Shown: one piece after another, positions 1 to 11,923 of the stretch
Position numbering within the stretch: position 1 is the first letter of the stretch
Layout: each line of letters begins with the position of its first letter
DNA from: Chiloscyllium plagiosum
Lineage: Eukaryota
Assembly (NCBI RefSeq): GCF_004010195.1
Contig: NC_057737.1
Span: 13,442,748-13,506,747, forward strand
Direction: 5' to 3'
DNA: 64,000 nucleotides
Notes under the pieces: model-generated
What the model saw: only the letters and a program-made list of their open reading frames with translations
Databases searched by the model: none
Told to the model about the DNA's origin: nothing
Made by a program: the position numbers and the translations under genes

Positions 1-430
1 GGCTGAATAGGCTGGGGCGGTTTTCCCTGGAGCGTTGGAAGCTGAGGGGTGACCTTATAGAAGTTTTAAAAATCATGAGGGGAATGGATAGGGTAAATAG
101 TCTTTTCCCTGGGGTCAGGGAGTCCAAAACTAGAGGGCATAGGTTTAGAGTGAGAGGGGAAAGATATAAAAGGGACCTAAGGGGCAACTTTTTCACACAG
201 AGGGTGGTACGTGTATGGAATGAGCTGCCAGAGGAAGTGGTGGAGGCTGGTACAATTGCAACATTTAAGAGACATTTGGATGGGTATATGAATAGGAAGA
301 GTTTGGGGGGATATGGACCGGGTGCTGGCAGGTGGGACTAGATTGGGTTGGGATATCTGGTCAGCATGGACGGGTTGGACCGAAGGGTCTGTTTCCATGC
401 TGTACATCACTATGACTCTATGACTCTATG
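1..430 (+). mobile_element. CR1-clade LINE 3' end (young family)
   Basis: ORF2 C-terminus RGHRF...FFTQRVVRVWNELP; tail (ATGACTCT)n. Confidence 0.9.
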
Positions 431-431
431 A

Positions 432-1380
432 TTAGTGCTGGGACCTCTTGCTTGTGATACATAAAATTATTTGGATGAAAATGTAAGTGGTCTGTTTTAT
501 ACGTTTGCAGATGACACTAAAATTGGTGGAGTTACAGATAGTGAGGAAGGTTATCAAAGGATGCAGCCAGACATAGCTCAGTAGAATTTGGATAGAGAAA
601 TGGCAGATAGAGTTTAATCTGAACAGCTGAGGGGTGTTGCATTTGGGCAGACAAATGCAAGTGGAAAGTATACAGTAAAGAGTAAAGTATACAGCAAGAC
701 CCTTAGAAGCTTTGATATACCGAGGGATCGTGGGGTGCAAGTCCATAATTCCCTAAAAGTGTTAACACAAGTGGATAAGCTGATAAAGAAGACATGGAGC
801 ATGCTTATCTTCATCAGTCAGAGCACTGAGTATAAAAATTGACAAGTCATGTTGCAGATATATAAAACTTTAGTTAGGCCACGTTTGGACTGTGCAGTTC
901 TACTTGCCACATGAGAGGAGGGATGTGGATGTTTTGCACAGAGCACAAAAGAGGTTTACCAGGATGTTGCCTGGATTGGATTAGCTATAAGGAAAGGTTA
1001 GTTAAACTTGGCTTATTTCTGCTAGAGCATTAGAGGCTGAGGGGCGATCTGATAGAGGAATGGACAGAGTGGATAGTTGAAGTCCTTTACTCAGGATGGA
1101 AATGTTAAATACTAGGGAGCATAGATTTAAGGTGAGAGGGGGAACTTTTAAAGAAGATGTGCGAGACAAGTTTTTTTACACAGGGGGTGATAGGTGCCAG
1201 GAATGTGCTGCTAGGGAGGCAGATATATGATAATAATCTTTAAGAGGCATTTAGACAGCCACGTGAACAGTCTGAGAATAGAGGTATATGGACTATGTGC
1301 AGGAAGATGTGGCTTGTTTGGAATGGCTTCATGGTCAGCATAGACATGCTGGGCCGAAGGCTGTTCCATGGTCTATGTTC
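432..1380 (+). mobile_element. Older degenerate CR1 LINE (RT to 3' end)
   Basis: FADDTKIGG-coding sequence near 503-530; broken reading frame; 3' end similar to other copies. Confidence 0.8.
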
Positions 1381-1857
1381 TGAAAACAGTTCAGATTTAT
1401 CTTTATAATTGAAGTTCCACACCCCTGGAGCCATTCCCATGAATCTTCCCTGCACTCTCTCCAATGCCTTCTCATCCTTAGTTGTTCATGAACCGATCAT
1501 AAGACACTGATTCAGAAGGCCATTCAGCCCATTCAGTCTGCTCTGCCATTCAGTACGATCATGGCTGATCTAATAATCCTCAACTCCACTTTCCTGTCTT
1601 TATTCCCTCACTGAATAAAAATCTATCAAGTTTCCTTACACTCATTGACTTTCCCAGATTCTAGACCCATATCCTTTCAATCTGCTGATGCTGTAGCCAT
1701 GTTGCTCATACACCTCTTTCTGAGGCTTGTTCTCTCCCCACCTGCACTCACCCTCAGATCCCATTTGCAGCCACCATTGACAGTGCTCTCCTATTGTCAG
1801 CCCAAGTTGGGGGGAGGTGGCGTGGTCCTCATGCTGTCTCTCATCATTCTTCACCAG

Positions 1858-1978
1858 GATCTGCAGCAAACTCAAGGAGAATGGCAAGAGCAACATCTCC
1901 CGTTCTTCATCAAGCACAAGTAGCTTTAGCAGCACGGCTGGTGACAATGAAGCTCTGGAGGACTATGAGTCCAGTGCA
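1858..1978 (+). CDS. RAP1GAP2: RAP1GAP2-like, internal coding exon (ICSKLKENGKSNISRSSSSTSSFSSTAGDNEALEDYESSA)
   Basis: Acceptor ttcttcaccAG, donor GTGAGT at 1979, phase 2 to 0. Peptide resembles the recalled RAP1GAP2 C-terminal segment KLKENG..ISRSSSSTSS.SSTAGE.EA. Confidence 0.88.
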
Positions 1979-2571
1979 GTGAGTATATACAGGATATACG
2001 GCGGGGAAAGCTGTACCAAGTAAGATGGGTGAGGTTAATCCTTTGTGTGCATTTGTCAATATAGCAGTGCTTGTTGAGGGTAATTATTCTTGATCCTTAG
2101 GTCAGGCATTAATTGTGTGTAACATCAAACATTCTTCTGAGGAAGTGAGGCGTCCTGTTAATGTTTCAGTGACTGTTCAGCAATAATTACCACTTATATA
2201 ATTAAAGACTTGTCTACTATTAAATGTATTGACCCTAATTTTTTTTTTAGTTCATTTAGTCTAAATTCAGTTGGCAAGAATCTCAAGTTCATGTTAGAGC
2301 AGTACTTTCTGTACAAGATCTATAGACAAGAACTAGAAACAGTACACCTGCAGAAGAACAGAGAATCTCTCATAGGAACCTCTGGACTTCCGTGTTGAAC
2401 TGTGTATGTGAGGATACTAGAATTGCAATTTGCTTCACATAACTGTAGGTGCTGATAGCCTCATCATTCTTTATACTGCTATTGTGTAAATGTATGGTCA
2501 TGTAGAGTACAATTTATTGGTCATTATTATATCATGTGTCTGACTGGTAAATGCTCTCTCTATTCTCACAG

Positions 2572-2677
2572 GGGAATCAGCCATCCATAGCATCTCCTTT
2601 CCGACAAGAAGTCTTTGTCTACAGCAATGAAAACCAAAGCAGCCCAAACCAAATGAGCTTGTGCAAGAGCCCCACAG
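2572..2677 (+). CDS. RAP1GAP2: RAP1GAP2-like, coding exon (GNQPSIASPFRQEVFVYSNENQSSPNQMSLCKSPT)
   Basis: Acceptor tattctcacAG, donor GT at 2678; 106 nt, phase 0 to 1. SPF(K/R)QEVFVYS...SPT motif. Confidence 0.88.
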
Positions 2678-4370
2678 GTCTGCATCTCTAGAGTTTGACA
2701 TTCTCACCTATCCTTCCGAGAACCTAGCCAATTGCCCCATCAACTGTACAGGACAATTGAGGGGTTAAGCCAGAGTGCTATTTCCCATTCAAAGTTGCCA
2801 GCATTATACCTGCATACAGACCTTAGTCTGTCTGTCTGGAATGCCCCTCCAAGCCACACACTATGCTGAAATCTGGAATTCTCTTGCTAACAGCCCTGTG
2901 GAAGTCCCTACATCTCAATGAGATTCCAAAGGGCAATTCACCACCATCTTCTTGATGGCAATTAGGAATGGTCAATCAGTGCTGGCCTAGCCAGCAATGC
3001 CCACATCCCATGAATGAATACAATAGTAAATATTTGTTGCAAAGACAGAGAGGACTGAATTTGAGAACTTTCACCAGTTTGAACGTGTGGGTTATGTTAA
3101 TGCACTGGAAATCCAAAGGCTTAAAGAAGGTGGGTTTCAATCTCAGCATGGCAACTTGAATGCAGTTTAAAATTTCTGGAAGCAGAGGCTAGTTTGGTCA
3201 ATATGGGACTCTAGTCCTATACCAATGTGATTGCTTTCTGAATAAAGATAAATTATTTCCACTGGTTGGAGATTTGAGAATTAGGGAGTGTTGTCTGAAA
3301 ATTAGGACCAGGCTGTTCAACAGAGAGTTTAGGAAGCTCTTATGCACACAAAAGGTGATAACGTTTTGAAACGCTCTTCCACAAATGGCTAGATCATTGT
3401 TAGTTTTAAATCTGAGATTGATAATTGTTTTATTAAGAAAAGGGCCAATGGCAGGTATATAGAGTTAGGCCACAGATCTCATTAAATGGTGGAACAGGCT
3501 TGAGGGGCTGAATGGCCTACTCTTGGTTTTATGTTTCTGAAATAGTCGAGCAGGTCACTAAGCTGTATCATACCTGGAGGAACCCTACATTATCTTTTCA
3601 GAGGAACTAGGAGTTGGTGATGAATATTACACCTACCACCAAGCTCTCATACCCCGATAATAAATAAAATATGCATTTTCCCAAGGTACAAATGTCACCG
3701 AACCTCAGAGTATCTGACTGTCAGATTGCTGTGGTTTCAGGTTATTTAACGAAACCATGGGCTATATGAGTGAAACCCAACAGCAGGAAATATCAATGTT
3801 AATCAGTCAAAGGTAGAGCATTTGTTTAAATATTTCACAAGGCAGCAACACAGAGTTCTGGAATAACGTGTGGAACCTTGAACACATTTTGTTACCCTGC
3901 TGGGTTTACCTGTTCAGAAGTTGTGGTTTGAAGAGGTTGTGAGTAAATAATTGACCAAATCTCTCATATCTCCCCTACTCACATACCCAGTGCCTGTAAC
4001 TTAAATTTGGAACAACTGCTAAATTCAGAGGGAGCAATCCTGAGGTGTAGTTGAAGTGAGGATGGGAAAAGAGTGCAACTTGGCCTTCTAATTCTTGTCT
4101 GAAAAATAAAACCCATTATAACTCAGAGAGGTAATTCTGCGTGTGCAATGTCTGGAGATGGTGTGATATGGTTCAGGCTGACAGAATGTACAGTGAACTA
4201 ATCATCGCATCTTGACCTATCTCCTGTCCTGCTTTGGCCCATATGTCATCTAATTGAAAATAAAGAAATCTGAAATAAAGTTCTTCAACTCCTTCCATGA
4301 AAGCCTCCCCCCATCATTGCACACTGTGTTGTCAATCTATATGTTTTGAAAGTTTTATTTTTCTCCACAG

Positions 4371-4447
4371 ATACAGCCAAGAGTAAAACCTCTCCAAGAA
4401 CTACTTTAAAATTCAGATTTGATAAACTCCATCACAGCTCAAACCAG
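4371..4447 (+). CDS. RAP1GAP2: RAP1GAP2-like, coding exon (DTAKSKTSPRTTLKFRFDKLHHSSNQ)
   Basis: Acceptor tttttctccacAG, donor GTAAGT; 77 nt, phase 1 to 0. SPR..LKFRFDKL motif. Confidence 0.9.
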
Positions 4448-5514
4448 GTAAGTGCAGGGCTGCAGAGTCCATCTCTTCTTTATTGTAACATTGAATAACT
4501 CCTCAGTTAAAGCACTTTCTCACGATAACCTTTGTCATGATCGCAATTGTTCAGCAGCATCTTGGCTCAGTGATTTAATCTTCACGTTGTTTTGAGAGGG
4601 TCCAATGGAGAAGCTGGACAGTGGTCAGAGACAGCAACCATTGAACCTTTGAAGGGTTGTGGAGAGATAAACAGAGAAACAGAGAAAGATGGAGAAAACA
4701 GCAACAGTGGGATTAAGTTTGAATTATTCTGGCAAAGAGCTTGTAACTAATGGCCTTTCCTCGGTGGTCTATCCCCATTTTCAGCAAATGTTCAGCTTCC
4801 TACATAGGCTGAGTTCTAAAGCTAGGCGAAAGTGAGGACTACAGATGCTAGAAAACAGAGCCTAGATTAGAGTGGTGCTGGAAAAGCACATCAGGTCAGG
4901 CAGCATCCGAAGAGCAGGAAAATCGACATTTCGGGCAAAAGCCCTTCATCAGGACCTGATTTCTAAGCTGTCTGCATCAGTGCAATGTTCAAATAATCCC
5001 ATGTTACATCTGCCTTATAGGCTATCTATATGGGCCTCCAGTATAGTGTTCTAGCCTCCTTTAGTAACAGCACAAAAACCTGCAGATGCTGAAAATCTAA
5101 AATAAAAACAGAAAGTGCTGGAAATACTCAGCAGGTCTTTGAGCACCTGTGAGGACAGAAGCAGGGTTTACCTTTCATCGAGCTGACAGAACGTTACAGA
5201 TTTACCATTTAGAGTCAGGGAAAAGGGTAGATGAAAAGAAGGAAGAAAAGGAAAGGTCAACAACAAGATGGAGGGCAGGAGTGATCTAAATGACAACTTC
5301 AATCCAAGGGAAAAGCAGGTTGATGGAACATGTGAGAAAGGAGAGGTTTGTTCTAGTCAAGGTCACAAGAGATGTTTTACAGCACTGTGAAATGAGGAGC
5401 AGTGGTTGTGATCTAACTTTGTTGAGTTCAAAGCTGCTTCATGATTCTATTGTTAGTAATCCTTTAAAAGCTAACCAGCAGTTGAGCTGATTTTACTCCA
5501 ATTGTTTTCAGCAG

Positions 5515-5523
5515 GGTCACTAA
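5515..5523 (+). CDS. RAP1GAP2: RAP1GAP2-like, last coding exon (GH*); exon probably continues untranslated to 5562
   Basis: ttttCAGCAG|GGT CAC TAA; RAP1GAP2 proteins end in GH*. Donor-like AG|GTCAGT at 5563. Confidence 0.75.
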   Translation, partial: GH

Positions 5524-5705
5524 CAAGAATCAGTGCCCCACCTGGCATTATGCACTTGTAAGGTCAGTCCTTCTCCATTCCTTATATGTGCGCGTTTTAT
5601 CAATATATTCCTAGCAATATACACAAGAACATGTGAATTAGGAACAGGAGTCACATACCCTCCATTCAAATCTTCTCCATTATTCAGTAAGACCACGGCT
5701 GATTT

Positions 5706-5970
5706 GTGGGGAGCGTTGCTACCTCAAAGCGCCAGAGACCAGGGTTCAATTCCCGCCTCAGGCGACTGACTATGTGGAGTTTGCACATTCTCCCCGTATC
5801 TGTGTGGGTTTCCTCCAGGTGCTCCAGTTTCCTCCCACAGTCCAAAAATGTGCAGGTTAGGTGAAGGGGTAAATGTAGGAGAATGGGGTCTGGGTGGGTT
5901 GCGCTTCGGCGAGTCGGTGTGGACTTGTTGTGCCGAAGGGCCTGTTTCCACACTGTAACTAATCTAATCT
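5706..5970 (+). mobile_element. HE1-type (V-SINE) tRNA-derived SINE
   Basis: GGGTTCAATTCCC B-box, gtgtggagtttgcacattctcccc body, (AATCT)n tail. Confidence 0.85.
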
Positions 5971-6411
5971 GATTGTAACCTCAATGCCATTTTCCTGTCT
6001 ACCCCTACCTTTCACCCCTTGCTAAAATAGAATCTATCTCCCTCTGACTTAAAAAAATTCAAATGCTCTTCTTTTCTCCTCATTGTGAGGAAGAGAGTTC
6101 CAAAGGCTCATTATGCCAAGGCATTGCTAGGCTATAGCTCAAGTGATGGGAAATGGGATTATTTTTGACTGATACACATGCTATAGATCTCTATGACTCC
6201 ATGACCCTCCGAAAAAAAACTGCTCATTTCTATCTTAAAAAGGCAACTTTTATTTTTTTAAACAGTCATCCTAGTTCTTGATTCACCCATCCTTTCCACA
6301 TCTTCCCTATCAAGACCCCTCAGGATCTGAATTACAACATTTAAAAGACATCTGGATGGGTATATGAATAGGATGAGTCCTGAGGAATATGGTCCAAATG
6401 TTGGCAAATGG

Positions 6412-7027
6412 CACTGGAGGTACAGTTAGTAAGTTTGCAGATGACACCAAAATTGGAGGTGTAGTGGACAGCAAAGAGGGTTACCTCAGATTACAACAAG
6501 ATCTGGACCAGATGGGCCAATGGGCTGAGAAGTGGCAGATGGAGTTTAATTCAGATAAATGCGAGATGCTGCATTTTGGGAAAGCAAATCTTAGCAGGAC
6601 TTATACACTTAATGGTAAGGTCCTAGGGAGTGTTGCTGAACAAAGAGAACTTGGAGTGCAGGTTCATAGCTCCTTGAAAGTGAAGTCGCAGATAGATAGG
6701 ATAGTGAAGAAGGCGTTTGGTATGCTTCTCTTTATTGGTTAGAGTATTGAGTACAGGAGTTAGGAGATCATGTTGTAGTTGTACAGGATATTGGTTAGGC
6801 CACTGTTGGAATATTGCATGCAATTCTGGTCTCCTTCCTATCAAAAAGATGTTGTGAAACTTGAAAGAGTTCAGAAAAGATTTACAAGGATGTTGCCAGG
6901 GTTGGAGGATTTGAGCTATAGGGAGAGGCTTAACAAGCTGGGGCTGTTTTCACTGGAGCGTCGGAAGATGAGGGGTGACCTTATAGTGGTTTACAAAATT
7001 ATGAGGGGCATGGATAGGGTAAATAGA
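6412..7027 (+). mobile_element. CR1 LINE RT fragment
   Basis: SKFADDTKIGGVVDS...WQMEFN...LVRPLLEYC; near-identical to other copies in the window. Confidence 0.9.
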
Positions 7028-7759
7028 GTCTCTGTGCCTGTTGGCCAGCCATTTTAACACACAATCACATTGAGACACCTTTGAGTCTGAAGTTGCAAGA
7101 TGTGGAAATTCACACAAATAATTCCTTATAAATTGTAGGTCAGGGAATATTTAACGGAATCCCATCTTGTCAACATCTGAAAAGCAGGAGTTGCTATTTA
7201 TATTAACTCATTAACCTAATGAACTTACAAGGAGAGAGGCAGCTCCATGTCAATGAACAGAAAAAAGCATTTTAGAAAACTTCAGTTTGAGAAATATGCT
7301 ACTAGTCACATTGTTTGACTTCAGCTATAAAGAAGTCAAAACAGTACAATTTATGGCAGTGAGTAGACCCCTACATACAACAATGTCTGAATGAACAAGA
7401 GGATTATGCCTGGGTCACCAATGATGCGCTCAACACAAATCAATCCATTAGGGACCTCCTTCAGCAGACATGCTACTTTGTAGTTTAGATCACAGTGCAA
7501 ATCAGGAATGGAGGGGTTAGTATTCACAAATAGAAGGACTGATTTTAACTTCACCTGTGCAGGACATCCTGACTCACCTAGGAGAAATTGAGGACTCTCT
7601 CAGCCTCCTTGGGCCACCCCCCCCCCCATTCCTGATGAGGAGCTTATGCTCAAAACGCTGACTCTGCTGCTCCTTGGATGCTGCCTGACCGGCTGTGCTT
7701 TTCTAGCGCCACACTTTTTGACTCTAATCTCCAGCATCTGTGTCCTCACATTGTCCCAA

Positions 7760-8018
7760 TTGTTGTGGTTCTGTTCGCCGAGCTGGAAGTTTTTGTTGCA
7801 AACGTTTCGTCCCCTGGCTAGGCGACATCATCAGTGCTTGGGAGCCTCCTGCGAAGCGCTTCTTTGATGTTTCCTCCGGTGTTTATAGTCTATAAGTACC
7901 GGAGGAAACATCAAAGAAGCGCTTCGCAGGAGGCTCCCAAGCACTGATGATGTCGCCTAGCCAGGGGACGAAACGTTTGCAACAAAAACTTCCAGCTCGG
8001 TGAACAGAACCACAACAA
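7760..8018. repeat. 121-bp inverted repeat (arms 7760-7880 and 7898-8018), Penelope-type
   Basis: Arms are reverse-complementary with one mismatch seen; 17-nt spacer. Confidence 0.9.
7941..7980 (+). ncRNA. Minimal hammerhead motif, intact core; identical copy at 7798-7837 on -
   Basis: GCA CUGAUGA u GUC..GAC GAAAC GUU UGC; stem I GCA/UGC. Confidence 0.6.
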
Positions 8019-8702
8019 CGAGCACCCGAGCTACAAATCTTCGCACAAACTTTGAATTCTCCCAATTTACTAGCAGAAACCTTGCTCCAGCTTTGTAGGA
8101 GTTTGGTGATTCTGTGTGATCCCACAGTACTTGTAAGAGACATCTGGAATGCCTTACACAATTTTTTGTCAAAGGAAAAATCGAGTTGCCTCAGACAGAG
8201 TGCAATGAAGGTTCGCTGGATTGATTACTCGTAACAAAATGTCGCACATCGAAAATGAAAACAGAAAGTGCAGAGTAGAACACAAGAGACAGGAGCTGGA
8301 GTATCTCAACATTTCCACCTTATCACCACATTCCTTGATTCACTCACCGTACAAAAATACATTGACTCAGTCTTGAATACAGCCATTGACTCCACTGGTC
8401 TCTGGGTTAGAGAAACCAAAAGCTTCACAACATTAAGTGTAAGAAGTTCATCATCTCAATCTTCAATAGCCATCTGCTTATCAATGGGACCAATGATGCT
8501 AAACTTCCCAGCTAGGGGCTGCAGCATCTGCCCAATCAAGGTCTCTAAGGACTTTATACATTTCAATAATATGTTCTGTCATTCTTCTAAATTCCAAAGA
8601 CTGGTCCATTTTACTAAATCCCTTCTCATAAGATGACCCTCTCACCTTAGGATAAATTGAGTGATACAACCAAAAGATGCTGGAGAGACTCAATAGATCT
8701 TT

Positions 8703-8918
8703 GTGGGCGGCACGGTGGCACAGTGGTTAGCACTGCTGCCTCACAGCGCTAGAGACCCGGGTTCAATTCCCGCCTCAGGNNNNNNNNNNNNNNNNNNNNN
8801 NNNNNNNNNNNNNNNNNNNNNNNNNNNNNNNNNNNNNNNNNNNNNNNNNNNNNNNNNNNNNNNNNNNNNNNNNNNNNNGGCCGAAGGGCCTGTTTCCACA
8901 CTGTAAGTAATCTAATCT
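8703..8918 (+). mobile_element. HE1-type SINE (gap inside)
   Basis: GGCGGCACGGTGGCACAGTGGTTAGC head and AATCT tail. Confidence 0.85.
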
Positions 8919-8989
8919 GACAGCATCTGTGGAGATAAAATCAGAGTTAACGTTTCGAGTCTGATCTGATGCTTTTTTGGATCTTTTTG

Positions 8990-10340
8990 GGATAAATCCC
9001 CAGGACCTGATCAGGTGTTCCCGAGAACTCTGTAGGAAGCTAGAGAAGTGATTGTTGAGCCTCTTGCTGAGATATTTGTATCATCGATAGTCACAGGTGA
9101 GGTGCCAGAAGACTGGAGGTTGGCTAACGTGGTGCCATTGTTTAAGAAGGGCGGTAAAGACAAGCCAGGGAACTACAGACCAGTGCACCTGACCTTGGCA
9201 GTGGACAAGTTGTTGGAGGGAATCCTGAGGGGCAAGATGTATTTGGAAAGGCAAGGACTGATTAGGGATAGTCAACATGGTTTTGTGCATGGAAAATCAT
9301 GTCGCACAAAGTTGATTGAGTTTTTTGAAGAAGTAACAAAGAGGATTGATGAGGCAGAGCAGTATATGTGATCTATATGGACTTCAGTAAGGCATTCGAC
9401 AAGGTTCCCCATGGGAGACTGATTAGCAAAATTAGATCGCATGGAATACAGGGAGAACTAGCCATTTGGATACAGAACTGGCTGAAAGGTAGAAGACAGA
9501 GGGTGGTGGTGGAGGGTTGTTTTTCAGATTGGAGGCCTGTGAACAGTGGAATGCCACACGGATCGGTGCTGGGTCCTCTACTTTTTGTCATTTACATAAA
9601 TGATTTGGAAGCGAGCATAAGAGGTACAGTTAGTAAGTTTGCAGATGACACCAGAATTGGAGGTGTAGTGGACAGCGAAGAGAGTTACCTAGATTACAAC
9701 AAGATCTGGACCAGATGGGCCAATGGGCTGAGAAGTGGCAGATGGAGTTTAATTCAGATAATGCGAGGTGCTGCATTTTGGGAAAGCAAATCTTAGCAGG
9801 ACTTATACACTTAATGGTAAGGTCCTAGGGAGTGTTGCTGAACAAAGAGANNNNNNNNNNNNNNNNNNNNNNNNNNNNNNNNNNNNNNNNNNNNNNNNNN
9901 NNNNNNNNNNNNNNNNNNNNNNNNNNNNNNNNNNNNNNNNNNNNNNNNNNNNNNNNNNNNNNNNNNNNNNNNNNNNNNNNNNNNNNNNNNNNNNNNNNNN
10001 NNNNNNNNNNNNNNNNNNNNNNNNNNNNNNNNNNNNNNNNNNNNNNNNNNNNNNNNNNNNNNNNNNNNNNNNNNNNNNNNNNNNNNNNNNNNNNNNNNNN
10101 NNNNNNNNNNNNNNNNNNNNNNNNNNNNNNNNNNNNNNNNNAGCTGCCAGAGGAAGTGGTGGAGGCTGGTACAATTGCAACATTTAAGAGACATTTGGAT
10201 GGGTATATGAATAGGAAGGGTTTGGAGGGATATGGGCCGGGTACTGGCAGGTGGGACTAGATTGGGTTGGGATATCTGATCGGCATGGACGGGTTGGAGC
10301 GAAGGGTCTGTTTCCATGCTGTACATCTCTATGACTCTAA
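8990..10340 (+). mobile_element. CR1 LINE RT to 3' end, spanning an N gap
   Basis: VPEDWRLANVVPLFKKG, YMDFSKAFDKVPH, GSVLGPLLF, FADD; ATGACTCT tail. Confidence 0.9.
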
Positions 10341-10792
10341 GTGTTCCAAAGAAGACTCATGTTGGACTTGAAATATAAACCCTTTTTTCTCACTCCAAGA
10401 TGCTGCCAAATCTGTCGAGATCACTAACACTAACCTAATTTCTTTCCACAGCTTTCTCTTAAGCTTCTTGCCCTGGCCTCAGTGAGACTGTCTGGTTCTT
10501 TGAAGCCCTTTAGCTCCAACAGAATTAATTTCACCTCTGGACAGGAGCTAGACAATTAGATACCCTCATAGCTTATGTTTTAAATCCATCACCATTTGTG
10601 CAGTGGATGAATGTGGGAAGATGGTGATATAGTAATGTTGCTGGGTATGTACTTGAGAGTTTCAAGTTGGGGAGGTGGGTTCAGACTCTCACCCTTGCTG
10701 CTAAATTAACAAATCTAGGATATAAATTTAATTGGTGATGGTGACCAGACAGCTATCATAAATCATCAAAGAAAACTCACCTGGTTCACTAA

Positions 10793-11103
10793 TTGATTAG
10801 ATTAGATTCCCTGAAGGGCGTGGAAACAGGTCCTTCAGCCCAACCAGTCCACACCGATCCTCCGAAGAGTAACCCATCCAGACCCATTTCCCTCTCACTA
10901 ATGCACCTAACTCTATGGGGCAATTTAGCATGGCCAATTCACCTAACCTGCACATCCTTGGACTGTGGGGGAAACCAGAGCACCCGGAGGAAACCCACGC
11001 AGACACAGGAAAGAATGTGCAAAGTCCACACAGAGAGTCGCCCGAAACCGGATCCCTGGCACTGTGAGGCAGCAGTGCTAACCACTGAGCCACCGTGCCA
11101 CCG
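10793..11103 (-). mobile_element. HE1-type SINE nested in an older tRNA-derived SINE (about 10620-11275, +)
   Basis: Full head and tail on the minus strand; the host continues ...ctggttcactaa[insert]aggaaggaaatct. Confidence 0.85.
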
Positions 11104-11923
11104 TCAAGGAAGGAAATCTATCTTCCTTACCTGGTCTGGCCTACAATGAATACAGACTCACAGTGATGTGGTTGACTCTGAAATGATCTAGCAAGCCACT
11201 CAGTTTGAGGGCAATTAGAGATAAGCAACAAATATTGGTGTTGCCAGTGACATCCACATCCCATGGCAGAGTAAAGGAAAAATAGCCCAGCAAGGTTTCA
11301 TATCAATCCCTGAATTGAATTGCTGGTCTCTGAAAAAATTGCCTTAGGGACTGCAGTCTTCATGATCAGTTAGCCCCTTGACACCCCTGACTTTAATCAG
11401 ATGCAGCTAAAACTGCATGGAGAGGATATCTATGCATAACGTCTGGAGAGAAAACTGAGGGAGTGTTGAATATTTGAAGAATAAAATCACAATTCTCTCA
11501 CTAATCCATGTCTGACTGACTGGTATTTATATATGAATCCAGATGAGCACCAGCTACAAAGTTTACTTCTTCGCATTTCCACCTATTGGATCCCGTAATT
11601 TTATGAGGAAAATCATTTTAATCAACACTATGGTTGCAAAAACAGAAAACTATGCACAGTAAATATGAACTTTCTTATAAAAGTGGCATAGGCTGATGAT
11701 TAGTTACTCTTGTTATAACAGAGGCTTTAAACAATTTAAAATTGTCAAGGTCACAGAGCCAAAATAATGCACAAAGCAACTTCACATAAAGCCATTAAGG
11801 ATTGCTGTATGACACAGACAAAAGTCTAGTTTTAAAACCGCTTTTAAAGTTTATTTTGAAAATACTTAGTTTTATTAATTTTGAGCGTTCTGCTGTCTAT
11901 ACTCTCTGTAAATTGTTTTTCAG

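Noticed and set aside
1645-1923. 92-aa hydrophobic ORF
   Set aside because: Mostly intronic and out of frame with the RAP1GAP2-like exon it overlaps.
8703-8779. tRNA-like sequence with A and B boxes
   Set aside because: It is the head of an HE1 SINE, found in five copies with the same body and tail, not a tRNA gene.
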